Below are positions 35,588-44,060 of a DNA stretch of 49,498 bases, piece after piece. The DNA comes from a bacterium (GTDB taxonomy: Bacteria > Desulfobacterota > DSWW01), in assembly GCA_040756235.1 (NCBI GenBank), contig JBFLZG010000043.1, forward strand, positions 1-49,498, read 5' to 3'. The notes under the pieces were generated by a model. The model searched no databases. It was given only the letters and a program-made list of their open reading frames with translations, and was not told the origin of the DNA. The translations under genes were made by a program, and so were the position numbers. Within the stretch, counting starts at the first letter, position 1. Each line of letters begins with the position of its first letter.

Positions 35588-36226
35588 CTACTCCTCATCC
35601 TCGTTTCGTTCGTTGTCCTTCTCTTCCCTCCTGTCCGCTGACTCCGTATGCTGTCTCTGTATATTGAATCGGTTCATGGCCCGAACCGGGCCCTCCCGAA
35701 CGATGCACTCCAACGCTTCGGCCCCCAGCTCCACGAACTCCTGCAATTGTTCCCGCCGGACCGAGGAGAAGCGGCTCAACACGTATTCCTCGGGCGCCTC
35801 CTCAAGCTCCGGTCGGCCGATGCCCATCTTCAGACGAAGAAAGTCGGCTGTCGCCAGCTCGTCGATGACCGATCGGACTCCCTTGTGGCCGCCGGAGCCG
35901 CCGCCTTTCTTGATCCTCATCCTGCCGAACGGAAGGTCCATGTCATCATGCACGACGACCATGGACTCGGCTCCGGTCCACCTGTTCCAGAACTGCCTGA
36001 CCGCCGCTCCGCTCCGATTCATGTAGACCATCGGCTCCATCAAGAGCAGCTCCTGGCCGGCCAGCTCACCCTCACCGATCTGAGCGATCGACTTTCGCTC
36101 TCTCCAGCCGATCCGGTTCCGCCGCGCAAACTCCTCCAGCACCAAAAACCCGATGTTGTGCCGGGTCGTCCGATATTTCTTGCCTGGATTGCCCAACCCA
36201 ACGATGATCCACACCCCGCGGTCCAC
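35588..36226 (-). CDS. pth: Peptidyl-tRNA hydrolase
   Basis: IVGLGNPG..Y..TRHNIGF, YMNRSG, VHDDMDL, GGSGGHKG, RLKMGIGRP. Confidence 0.97.
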   Translation of the reverse strand: MDRGVWIIVGLGNPGKKYRTTRHNIGFLVLEEFARRNRIGWRERKSIAQIGEGELAGQELLLMEPMVYMNRSGAAVRQFWNRWTGAESMVVVHDDMDLPFGRMRIKKGGGSGGHKGVRSVIDELATADFLRLKMGIGRPELEEAPEEYVLSRFSSVRREQLQEFVELGAEALECIVREGPVRAMNRFNIQRQHTESADRREEKDNERNEDEE

Positions 36227-36236
36227 CTGAGGTCAA

Positions 36237-36266
36237 GAGGCTGTCGATAAACGGCCATCTGCGGCG
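36237..36266 (+). repeat. Truncated MITE-like end fragment
   Basis: gaggctgtcgataaacggccatctgcggcg shares 25 bp with 20282-20306 and ccatctgcggcg with the MITE at 42276. Confidence 0.65.
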
Positions 36267-36295
36267 GCACAGTGCGAGAGTGCCCGAAAGGGAAC

Positions 36296-36949
36296 TCAGG
36301 ATGCCTTCTCGCCTCCCTCTTTCGTCTCCTTCGCTTCCCCTTCTGCTGCACCCTCTTCCGCGGCTTCCGCGGGTTTGACCTTCTCTTCCACGGGAGCCGA
36401 GATCACCACGACCGGCTCTTTCGGGTCCGTCAGGACGCGAACGTCCGGATCCACCTGGATCTGCTGGACGTGGAGGGAGTCCCCCAGGTTGAGAGAAGAA
36501 ATATCCAATGTGACGTGCTCGGGAATGCGCGCCGGGAGGCACTCGACCTCGATCGTCCTGCGCAGCTGCTGCACCATCCCCCCCAGGCGGATGGCTTCAA
36601 TCGGCTCTCCGGTCAGTTTCAGTGGGACCTCCACGGTAATGGCCTCGTCCATGAGGACTTCCAGGAAGTCCACGTGGAGAATTCCGGCAAGCGGATGTCT
36701 CTGGATATCCTTCAGGATGACCGTCTTCTTCTTGGGATCCGGTCCCTCGAATTGGAGCTCGATGAGGGCATTTTGCCCGGCCGTCCCCTGCAGAAGCTTG
36801 TCCAGCTTCTTGGAATCGAGGCTGATGGCGACCGGCTCCGTGCCCTTGCGGTAGCAGATCGCAGGGAGTCTCCCCCCGCCGCGCAACTTCCTGGCGATCC
36901 CCTTGCCGGTTTTCCATCTCTCCTGAACGTCCAAGACCAGATTTTCCAT
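36296..36949 (-). CDS. rplY: 50S ribosomal protein L25/Ctc (long form)
   Basis: TGKGIARKLR..GRLPAI.Y, KDIQRHP...ILHVDF, GG.VQQ.RR.IEVECLP..IPEH. Confidence 0.96.
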   Translation of the reverse strand: MENLVLDVQERWKTGKGIARKLRGGGRLPAICYRKGTEPVAISLDSKKLDKLLQGTAGQNALIELQFEGPDPKKKTVILKDIQRHPLAGILHVDFLEVLMDEAITVEVPLKLTGEPIEAIRLGGMVQQLRRTIEVECLPARIPEHVTLDISSLNLGDSLHVQQIQVDPDVRVLTDPKEPVVVISAPVEEKVKPAEAAEEGAAEGEAKETKEGGEKAS

Positions 36950-37045
36950 TTTCAGGCGCTCCTTCCAGTTCCGTGCGACCAACCAGGAAGGCTCCGCGTC
37001 GGGAGCCGCTCGGAGGCTCCCGCGGCTCCGCTTCGGATGCTCTCA

Positions 37046-37984
37046 TCAGATGAAGAGCCCGCTGACCGATTCGCCGAAATAGGTTCTCTTGATGGCTTCT
37101 GCCAGCAGTCTTGCGACCGACAGCACCTTGATCTTGCCCGAATTCGCCGCCTCTTCACTCGGCGGTATCGAGTTGGTGATGACCAACTGCTCCAAACAGG
37201 AGGCATGAATCCGCTCCAGAGCCGGCCCGGAGAGGACCCCGTGGCTGCAGCAGGCGTAGACTTCCCTGGCGCCCGCGTTCTGGACGGCCTGCGCCCCCTG
37301 CACCAGCGTTCCCGCCGTATCCACGATGTCATCGATGATGACGGCCCGACAGTCGCGGACGTTGCCGATGATGTTCATGGTGCGCGATTGATTGGGTGCA
37401 TCCCGCCGCTTGTCGATGATGGCCATGGGCGCGTCCAGCCGTTTGGCGAAGGCGCGCGCCCTCTCCACGCCGCCGGCATCCGGCGCCACCACGACCAGGT
37501 TGTCGGCCAGCTTGTCCCGGATGTACGGGAGGAGCACCGGGGTCGCGAAGAGATTGTCCACCGGGATGTTGAAGAAGCCCTGGATCTGCCCCGCGTGCAG
37601 ATCGAGGCAGAGGACCCTCGTAGCCCCGGCCACCGTGATCAGGTCCGCAACCAGCTTGGCCGAGATCGGCGCCCGCGGGGCTACTTTCCGATCCTGCCGG
37701 GCATAGCCGTAATAGGGGATGACCGCCGAAACCGTGCTGGCGGACGCTCTCTTCAGGGCGTCCATCATGATCAGCAGCTCCATCAGATTGGTCGCCGAGG
37801 GCTTGCAGATGGATTGGAGGACGAAGACGTTCAGCCCGCGGATGTTTTCCTCGATCTCGACCGAGATCTCTCCGTCGCTGAACTCCCTCACTTCCGCACA
37901 GCCGGGCTCGATGCCCAGCTCCCTGCAGATCTCATGGTAGAGAATCGGATTGGAATTGCCGGAGAAGATGCGCAGCTTCCTCAT
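37046..37984 (-). CDS. prs: Ribose-phosphate pyrophosphokinase
   Basis: IFSGNSN, FSDGEI, PYYGYARQDRK, DLHAGQIQGFF, PDAGGVERAR, DDIVDTAGT. Confidence 0.98.
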   Translation of the reverse strand: MRKLRIFSGNSNPILYHEICRELGIEPGCAEVREFSDGEISVEIEENIRGLNVFVLQSICKPSATNLMELLIMMDALKRASASTVSAVIPYYGYARQDRKVAPRAPISAKLVADLITVAGATRVLCLDLHAGQIQGFFNIPVDNLFATPVLLPYIRDKLADNLVVVAPDAGGVERARAFAKRLDAPMAIIDKRRDAPNQSRTMNIIGNVRDCRAVIIDDIVDTAGTLVQGAQAVQNAGAREVYACCSHGVLSGPALERIHASCLEQLVITNSIPPSEEAANSGKIKVLSVARLLAEAIKRTYFGESVSGLFI

Positions 37985-38179
37985 TTCCCCAATTTCCCCA
38001 CCGGTTTTCCCGCGAATTTCAAGAATTTTGTAATCTAACAAAGACCCGGAAAAAAGTAAAGGCGCTCTGCTTCGCCGAGGCCCGCTGCAGGCCGGCCACG
38101 CGCGCCGGCCGGGGCGCAGATTGCATGACGAAGAAGCCCGGAGGGAATGTCGTCGAGGACGCAGGCAGCGGCGCAAGCG

Positions 38180-38253
38180 TGGCTGGGGTGGGAGGATTCG
38201 AACCTCCGATGCAGGAGCCAAAGTCCTGTGACTTACCGCTTGTCGACACCCCA
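38180..38253 (-). tRNA. tRNA-Gln (anticodon UUG)
   Basis: TGGGGTGTCGACAAGCGGTAAGTCACAGGACTTTGGCTCCTGCATCGGAGGTTCGAATCCTCCCACCCCAGCCA folds as a cloverleaf with CT-TTG-GC loop, GTTCGAATC T-loop and encoded CCA. Confidence 0.97.
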
Positions 38254-38303
38254 GCAGAATCGACCAGCCCCAATCTTTCGAATACACCAAGGCGAGTCAG
38301 GAT

Positions 38304-38591
38304 TCAAGCTTCCGGGGCCACCAGGGTGTCGCGAAGCCGATCCAATTCCTTGCGGTACTCGAACAAGACCTTTTCTTCGATCATCCTCCTGGTGGCGTTG
38401 TTCAGCGGGTGCGCCGTATCCTTGAAGGTGCCGTCCTTTCTCTTCTTGCTCGGCATCGCCACGAAAAGGCCGGTATTGCCGTGAATGATCTTCAGGTCAC
38501 GGACGACAAAACAATCATCGAAGGTTATGGTGGCGTAAGCTTTCAGTCTCTCTTCGCTGACCGGGAAAACTCTAACCTCCGTAATCTTCAT
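38304..38591 (-). CDS. spoVG: SpoVG nucleic-acid-binding protein
   Basis: MKITEVRVFPV..ERLKAYATITFDDCFVVRDLKII.G..GLFVAMPSKK.KDGTFKDTAHP. Confidence 0.95.
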   Translation of the reverse strand: MKITEVRVFPVSEERLKAYATITFDDCFVVRDLKIIHGNTGLFVAMPSKKRKDGTFKDTAHPLNNATRRMIEEKVLFEYRKELDRLRDTLVAPEA

Positions 38592-38831
38592 CTCTCGGCC
38601 CTCTCGTTCTCCGTTGTGTTGCCCCCCATGAAGAGGATCTTCGACTCCCAAGCTCCGGATGCGCTCGCGGCACTCGCCGTCCGAGGGCAAAATCGGCCAC
38701 GCCAGAGAACTGGCTCTTGTGCGGTTCCAGCACGCGGCCACGGGAAGCGCACGGTTCTCCTTCGCCTCACGCCGGAAAGCGGCCGGCGGGAGGAGACGGA
38801 AAGTGCCAGTAACTTCTTTTTACTATTAAAA

Positions 38832-38861
38832 ATCTTAGATGCTGTAGAAAGAGATTGTCAA
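38832..38861 (-). promoter_or_regulatory. Sigma70 promoter for the spoVG-tRNA-prs cluster
   Basis: TTGACA (38861-38856), 18-nt spacer, TAAGAT (38837-38832), in an AT-rich patch. Confidence 0.55.
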
Positions 38862-39055
38862 CAAGAATTTCTGGCCCCTGTCCGGGAACGGACCCTCGGG
38901 TCAAAATCGTTTTTCTGCGACAATAGATGCATCTCCGACGCGACCGGAGCACGATATTGCGCTCAGCGCCCCGTTCTCCTATCATACCTGTCGCTGTAAG
39001 CCACCCGGCGAGCGATCCCGCTGCGGGCGGCCGCGGACCCGGGCGCGAGGCAAGC

Positions 39056-41149
39056 ATGAAGGAACCTTCCCGATATCTGCTCACCGGCGGGGGCACCGGA
39101 GGACATGTGTATCCCGCCCTCGCTCTTGCCGAGCGGATCCGGCAGCACGAGCCGGACGCGCAGTTCCTCTATCTCGGAGCCAAAGGCGGAGCGGAGGAAC
39201 GAGTTGTCCCGCCCACGGGCCTCCCGCTGCTGGCCCTCCGTATCCGAGGCTTGCCCGAGGGGCGCTCTCCGCTCCTGCTGGCAGCGGTCTTCGTGAGGCT
39301 CCTGTGGACCTGCCTGCAGGCATCGCGCGTCCTGTTCCGGTTCCGGCCGCATGTCATCCTCGGCACGGGAGGTTATGCGAGCGCACCGGTCCTCGTGGCG
39401 GCTTTCCTGCTCCGGTCTGTGCGGCGCTGGAAAGGCGTGCTCGGCCTGCATGAGCAGAACATATTACCCGGACGTTTCAACCACTGGATGTCCCGCCATG
39501 CGGATTTCATCGGCACCAGCTTTCCGGACACGGTGAGTTACCTGAAGGGCAGAAGGGCTCACTGGACCGGGTACCCGGTGCGCAGGGAAATGGAGCGCTC
39601 CCCGGCGGACTCCTGTGCCGCTCGAGACCAGACCCGCGCGGATTTTGGCGTCCCCCCCACGGCCAAGGTGGTCGTGATCTTCGGCGGGAGCACCGGCGCG
39701 CGCACCATCAACCGGGCCGTTCTGGAGGCCATGCCCGACTGGATACGCCGGGAAGATCTGCATATTTTCCATGCTGTCGGTTATTCTCACGGAACCTACG
39801 ATCCGTCCGGGGAGGCGCGCATGGCTCTGTCACAGATCCCGGCCACGGAGAGCATTCATCAGCGATACCGCTGGCAGCCTTATTTTCAGGACATCCAGAC
39901 GTACTATCGGATGGCGGACCTCGTGGTTTGCCGTTCCGGCGCCGGCTCGGTCTGGGAAACGGCCGCCGTCGGCAACCCCGCGCTCCTCATCCCCAAGGCG
40001 AATCTGCCCGGCGATCACCAGGTCAAGAACGCTCGCTTTCTCGAACGCCTGGGCCTGGCCCGCGTGCTCTATGAAAGAAGGGATCCTTTCGCCTGCAAGG
40101 AGGGCGAGAAGATCGAAGGGACCGAGTTCGCCCGCAGTCTCCTGTCGATGCTCGACAACCCGGCTCTGCTGGCCGCCATGCGGGAACGGGCCAGAAAGCT
40201 TTCCATCCCCCAGGGGAGCCAGCGGTTCTACGAGGTCCTCGAGCACGCGAGAGGCTTCGAAGAGGGACCGATGCAGACCACGGGTAAGCTGCTCCCCGCC
40301 GACGAGATCGCAGGGCTCCAGCGGGTCCCCATGCGCATCGAGTGGTGGAGCGTGCACAAGCTGCTCCTGTTCCTGGAGGAACAGTGGAGGCGGTCGGCCC
40401 CGCTGGGCGAGGAAGATCGCCGCTACGTGGCATACAAGGCCGACCAACTGCTCGCGGCCCCTCGATGGCAGGAGCGCAACGCCGGCGTGAAGCTGGCGGG
40501 TCTGATTCGCTATGAAGAGCGTGTTCCGGTCCTGCTGCGCTTCATCACCGATCGAACGCGGGTGCCGCTGCTCCATCGGATGCTGGGGGGCGATTTCGTT
40601 CAAGTGGGCTTCATCCGGCGCAACGCGGTCCAGGCGCTCTGGAGGATCCGCCGTTACGATCCGGAGGTACGCAGGGCTCTGCTCACCGCCCTCACCGATC
40701 CCTACTTCGAGGTCAGATCCTGGGCCGCCCGGGCCGTCGGCAGGCTGGCAGACATGATCGGACGGGATGCGGAATTCGAGGCCCTGCTGCGGCGGGCTCT
40801 GAAGGACCGGTGGTTCGAGGTGGTGGCCTCCTCCCTGGACGCCCTGGGGAGAGTCGCGACCGATCCTTCCATTCTGTCGGATCTGGAAAAGCGGCTGGAA
40901 AACGCGAACGGCAAGGTCCAGCACGCCGCCTTGCGCTGCCTCATGCACCTGGTGGAAAGAGATGTGGTGCGCCTGTCACCGCAGACCCAGCGCTCGATGA
41001 ATCGTATTCCGATGAGGGGGGTCGAGTTTTCGCCGCAGTTTCCGCTGAGGACGACGTGGGACGCCTTCCAGAAGGTGCTCTCACACAAGAACGCCTCTTC
41101 CGAACGCCACGAAGAGGACATCCGCGAATTCGAGAAACAGGAACTCTGA
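39056..41149 (+). CDS. murG: MurG-family GlcNAc transferase fused to a C-terminal HEAT-repeat domain
   Basis: GGGTGGHVYPALA, GTGGYASAP, HEQN, TGYPVR, GGSTGA, CRSGAGS, DHQVKNA; then ~290 aa with HEAT-like repeats (ALTDPYFEVRSWAARAVGRL, ALKDRWFEVVASSLDALGRV). Confidence 0.85.
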   Translation: MKEPSRYLLTGGGTGGHVYPALALAERIRQHEPDAQFLYLGAKGGAEERVVPPTGLPLLALRIRGLPEGRSPLLLAAVFVRLLWTCLQASRVLFRFRPHVILGTGGYASAPVLVAAFLLRSVRRWKGVLGLHEQNILPGRFNHWMSRHADFIGTSFPDTVSYLKGRRAHWTGYPVRREMERSPADSCAARDQTRADFGVPPTAKVVVIFGGSTGARTINRAVLEAMPDWIRREDLHIFHAVGYSHGTYDPSGEARMALSQIPATESIHQRYRWQPYFQDIQTYYRMADLVVCRSGAGSVWETAAVGNPALLIPKANLPGDHQVKNARFLERLGLARVLYERRDPFACKEGEKIEGTEFARSLLSMLDNPALLAAMRERARKLSIPQGSQRFYEVLEHARGFEEGPMQTTGKLLPADEIAGLQRVPMRIEWWSVHKLLLFLEEQWRRSAPLGEEDRRYVAYKADQLLAAPRWQERNAGVKLAGLIRYEERVPVLLRFITDRTRVPLLHRMLGGDFVQVGFIRRNAVQALWRIRRYDPEVRRALLTALTDPYFEVRSWAARAVGRLADMIGRDAEFEALLRRALKDRWFEVVASSLDALGRVATDPSILSDLEKRLENANGKVQHAALRCLMHLVERDVVRLSPQTQRSMNRIPMRGVEFSPQFPLRTTWDAFQKVLSHKNASSERHEEDIREFEKQEL

Positions 41150-41163
41150 GGGACGGCCGGCAG

Positions 41164-42276
41164 ATGTTTCATGCATTCTATATATGGCTTTACGACCCGG
41201 ACGGATTCTTTTCGTTTCTCAGGCTGTTCAACTATCTGACCAGCCGAGCGATCTTCGCCGTGATCACCTCTTTCTTTTTCGTCGTGATCGCGGGGCGCCC
41301 CATGATCCGTGCCCTGTATCAGACCGGGCTGCGGGACACGGTGCGGCTGGAGCTGTTCGCTTCCACGGACCAGAAGAAGGCCGGGACCCCGACCATGGGC
41401 GGACTGATTCTTCTGCTGGCCACTCTCCTGTCCTCCTTCTTCTGGTGTGACTTGAGCAACCGCTTCATTCAGATCCTTCTGTTCGCCTCGGTCTGGTTTG
41501 CCGCCCTGGGTTATCTCGACGACTCTCGAAAGATCCGGTTTCAGGACAGCGGTCGAGGGCTTTCCAGGGGCAAGAAGTACCTGGGGCAGGTCCTTTACGG
41601 GCTCCTTTTCAGCGTGGTCTTCCTCCATCCCACGCTCTCCCCTCTTCCCGCAGGCATGGCTTCGAAGCTGTTCCTTCCCTTTTACAAGCACCCGATCGTC
41701 GACCTCTCCTGGGCTTATGCCCTCGTGATCCTCGTCTCGGTCGTCTATGCAGCCAACGCGATCAACTTTGCCGACGGCATGGACGGCCTGGCGATCGTGC
41801 CCTGCGCTTACGTGGTCGGCGTCTACGGCGCCTTTGCGTACGTCATGGGAAACGCCAGGCACAGCCATTATCTGATGTTCGATTTCTTTCCCGGAGCCGG
41901 AGAGATCACGATCTTCTGCGCGGTCCTGGTCGGGGCCTGTGTGGGGTTCCTCTGGTTCAACAGCTATCCGGCAGAGGTCTTCATGGGAGACACGGGGTCG
42001 ATGTTTCTGGGCGGCGTGGTCGGGACCCTGATCGTTCTGCTCAAGCAGGAGCTTCTGTTTCTCATCGTCGGCGGCATCTTTCTGGCCGAGATCCTCTCCG
42101 TGACCTTGCAGGACTGGCTCGGGATCCAGAGAATCGGCAAACGGTTCCTCTACCGGGCGCCGATCCATGACTGTTTCCAGTACATGGGGCTGTCCGAGAC
42201 CAAGATCACCGTGCGGCTCTGGATCATATCGGGCATGCTGGCCCTGCTCGGGCTGGCCTCCCTCAAGATCCGCTAG
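41164..42276 (+). CDS. mraY: Phospho-N-acetylmuramoyl-pentapeptide transferase (divergent)
   Basis: KAGTPTMGG, GYLDD, PFYK, NAINFADGMDGLA, GFLWFNSYPAEVFMGDTGS, APIH, C-terminal LKIR. Confidence 0.92.
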   Translation: MFHAFYIWLYDPDGFFSFLRLFNYLTSRAIFAVITSFFFVVIAGRPMIRALYQTGLRDTVRLELFASTDQKKAGTPTMGGLILLLATLLSSFFWCDLSNRFIQILLFASVWFAALGYLDDSRKIRFQDSGRGLSRGKKYLGQVLYGLLFSVVFLHPTLSPLPAGMASKLFLPFYKHPIVDLSWAYALVILVSVVYAANAINFADGMDGLAIVPCAYVVGVYGAFAYVMGNARHSHYLMFDFFPGAGEITIFCAVLVGACVGFLWFNSYPAEVFMGDTGSMFLGGVVGTLIVLLKQELLFLIVGGIFLAEILSVTLQDWLGIQRIGKRFLYRAPIHDCFQYMGLSETKITVRLWIISGMLALLGLASLKIR

Positions 42277-42451
42277 CAGGCCGTTGAAAAGGGCCCATCT
42301 GCGGCGCCTGTTGCGAGCGAAGCGAAGCAATCCCCTCGGCCCAACTACCGCGGCGGACGGCTGTGGTCGGGGGTTCCCTCGTCGCTCTCGCTCCTCGGGA
42401 CAAGCCTCAAACTTCGCGCGCCTTGCATCCGGACCCTTTTGAACGGCCTGC
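42276..42451. mobile_element. MITE with 18-bp terminal inverted repeats containing a nested REP-like hairpin
   Basis: TIRs gcaggccgttgaaaaggg (42276-42293) and cccttttgaacggcctgc (42434-42451), 17/18 complementary. Inside lies ttgcgagcgaagcgaagcaatcc...cctcgtcgctctcgctcctcg. Confidence 0.75.
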
Positions 42452-42553
42452 GGGCCGCCTACCGGGGGAATGCGCTGGCGGAGCCATTGACGCGGATCGC
42501 GTCAGACGGTATCTTGATGCGGCTCTTCTTGTCCTTGGTCGGAGATCAAAGAA

Positions 42554-43597
42554 ATGGCGGGTTACCGGGTTGCTGTGGCGGGTGCGACTGGCGCCGTAGG
42601 TCAGGAGATGCTTTCGATCCTCCAGGAGAGGTCGTTCCCGGTCCGGGAACTGCGCCTTCTCGCTTCGAAGCGGTCGGCAGGCAAGACGCTCTCTTACGGC
42701 GGTGATGCCATCGCCGTCGAGGAGCTCACGCAAAGATCATTCAAGGGAATCGACATCGCGCTCTTTTCGGCCGGCGCCGACCGCAGCAAGGCCTTTGCGC
42801 CGGCGGCCGCTCGAGCCGGGGCCGTTGTTGTGGACAACAGCTCGGCTTTCCGCATGAATCCGAACGTGCCCCTGGTCGTTCCCGAGATCAACCCCGAGGA
42901 CATTCGAGCGCACCAAGGCATCATTGCCAATCCGAACTGCACGACAATCATCATGCTGATGGGTCTCTATCCCCTGCGCTCTTACGGATTCAAGCGGATC
43001 GTGATGTCGAGCTATCAGGCCGTCTCCGGCGCCGGCGCCTGGGCCATCGAGGAGCTGCGCCGGCAGGTGCTCGAGTGGAGCCTGCACGAGCTGGGAAAGA
43101 GCTTCTCCGGCAACAGCCGCCCGCTCGTGCTCCGACCCGAGAAGTTCCCTCATCCCATTGCCTTCAACCTGATCCCGCATATCGACCAGTTTCAGCCCGG
43201 CGGATACACCAAAGAGGAGATCAAGTGTCTGCAGGAGACCCGCAAGATCCTCCATGACCCGGAAGTCCGGGTGACCGCTACAACCGTACGGGTGCCGGTG
43301 TTCCGCTCCCATTCGGTATCCGTGAACCTCGAGACGCTCCGGAACCTCAGTCCGGACAAGGCGCGCGCCCTGATCCGCAGGGGCAAGGGCGTCCGGCTCT
43401 ACGACGACCCCGAGAAAGCCAGATACCCGATGCCCGCGATGGTCGCCGGCAAGGACGACTGTCTGGTCGGCAGGATCCGGCAAGACGAGACGACCACCAA
43501 CGGGCTCTGGCTCTGGGTGGTGGGCGACCAGCTGCGGAAGGGAGCGGCCCTCAATGCCATCCAGATCGCGGAGCATCTGGCGGGAAAGGCCGCGTAG
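42554..43597 (+). CDS. asd: Aspartate-semialdehyde dehydrogenase
   Basis: VAVAGATGAVG, VVDNSSAFRM..VPLVVPEIN, ANPNCTT, YQAVSGAG, RVPVFRSHS, DQLRKGAALNAIQIAE. Confidence 0.97.
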   Translation: MAGYRVAVAGATGAVGQEMLSILQERSFPVRELRLLASKRSAGKTLSYGGDAIAVEELTQRSFKGIDIALFSAGADRSKAFAPAAARAGAVVVDNSSAFRMNPNVPLVVPEINPEDIRAHQGIIANPNCTTIIMLMGLYPLRSYGFKRIVMSSYQAVSGAGAWAIEELRRQVLEWSLHELGKSFSGNSRPLVLRPEKFPHPIAFNLIPHIDQFQPGGYTKEEIKCLQETRKILHDPEVRVTATTVRVPVFRSHSVSVNLETLRNLSPDKARALIRRGKGVRLYDDPEKARYPMPAMVAGKDDCLVGRIRQDETTTNGLWLWVVGDQLRKGAALNAIQIAEHLAGKAA

Positions 43598-44060
43598 GGG
43601 CTCCGGCACTTCCTTGATAGACCGGCTCGGAAACTCGGCAACGTATGGCGCGACCGCCCTCGGCCTGCGACAGGAGGTGGGGCTGCGGAAGGCGTGCAAG
43701 GCCAGACCTTGCGAGCGAGCCGCAATTCACGCAGGTAGGGGCAGGTTTTGACGGTCAGCTGCGGTGGCGGGGCCGCCCCTTTCGTCCCCCGTTCCGGGCC
43801 GGGTGTTCTCGGGACGCACGCGCCTGACGGATCTGGTTTTCGAGGAACGGCGCTGCGTTCCACCGGCCTATCGGAACTCGGGACGGCCTCCGCGATTCGC
43901 CCTCGACTCCTCGGGCGCACACCCATCGCATGGACTCTGACCGGCGCTTGTGCGAGCACGGCGAGCCGAAGCTGCTCGCATCATCGGGCATGGGCGGCGC
44001 GTGGCCACTTCGCTCCGCACGCGCGCTGAGACCCGACACCTGCAACCTTCCGTCCGTGAC

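Noticed and set aside
38180..38253. tRNA-Gln as an integration site
   Set aside because: No integrase and no duplicated tRNA 3' end seen; flanking synteny is ordinary.
37985..38290. N-terminal extension of prs running through the tRNA
   Set aside because: Prs homology starts at MRKLRIFSGN (37984); the extension is just an open frame across tRNA-Gln.
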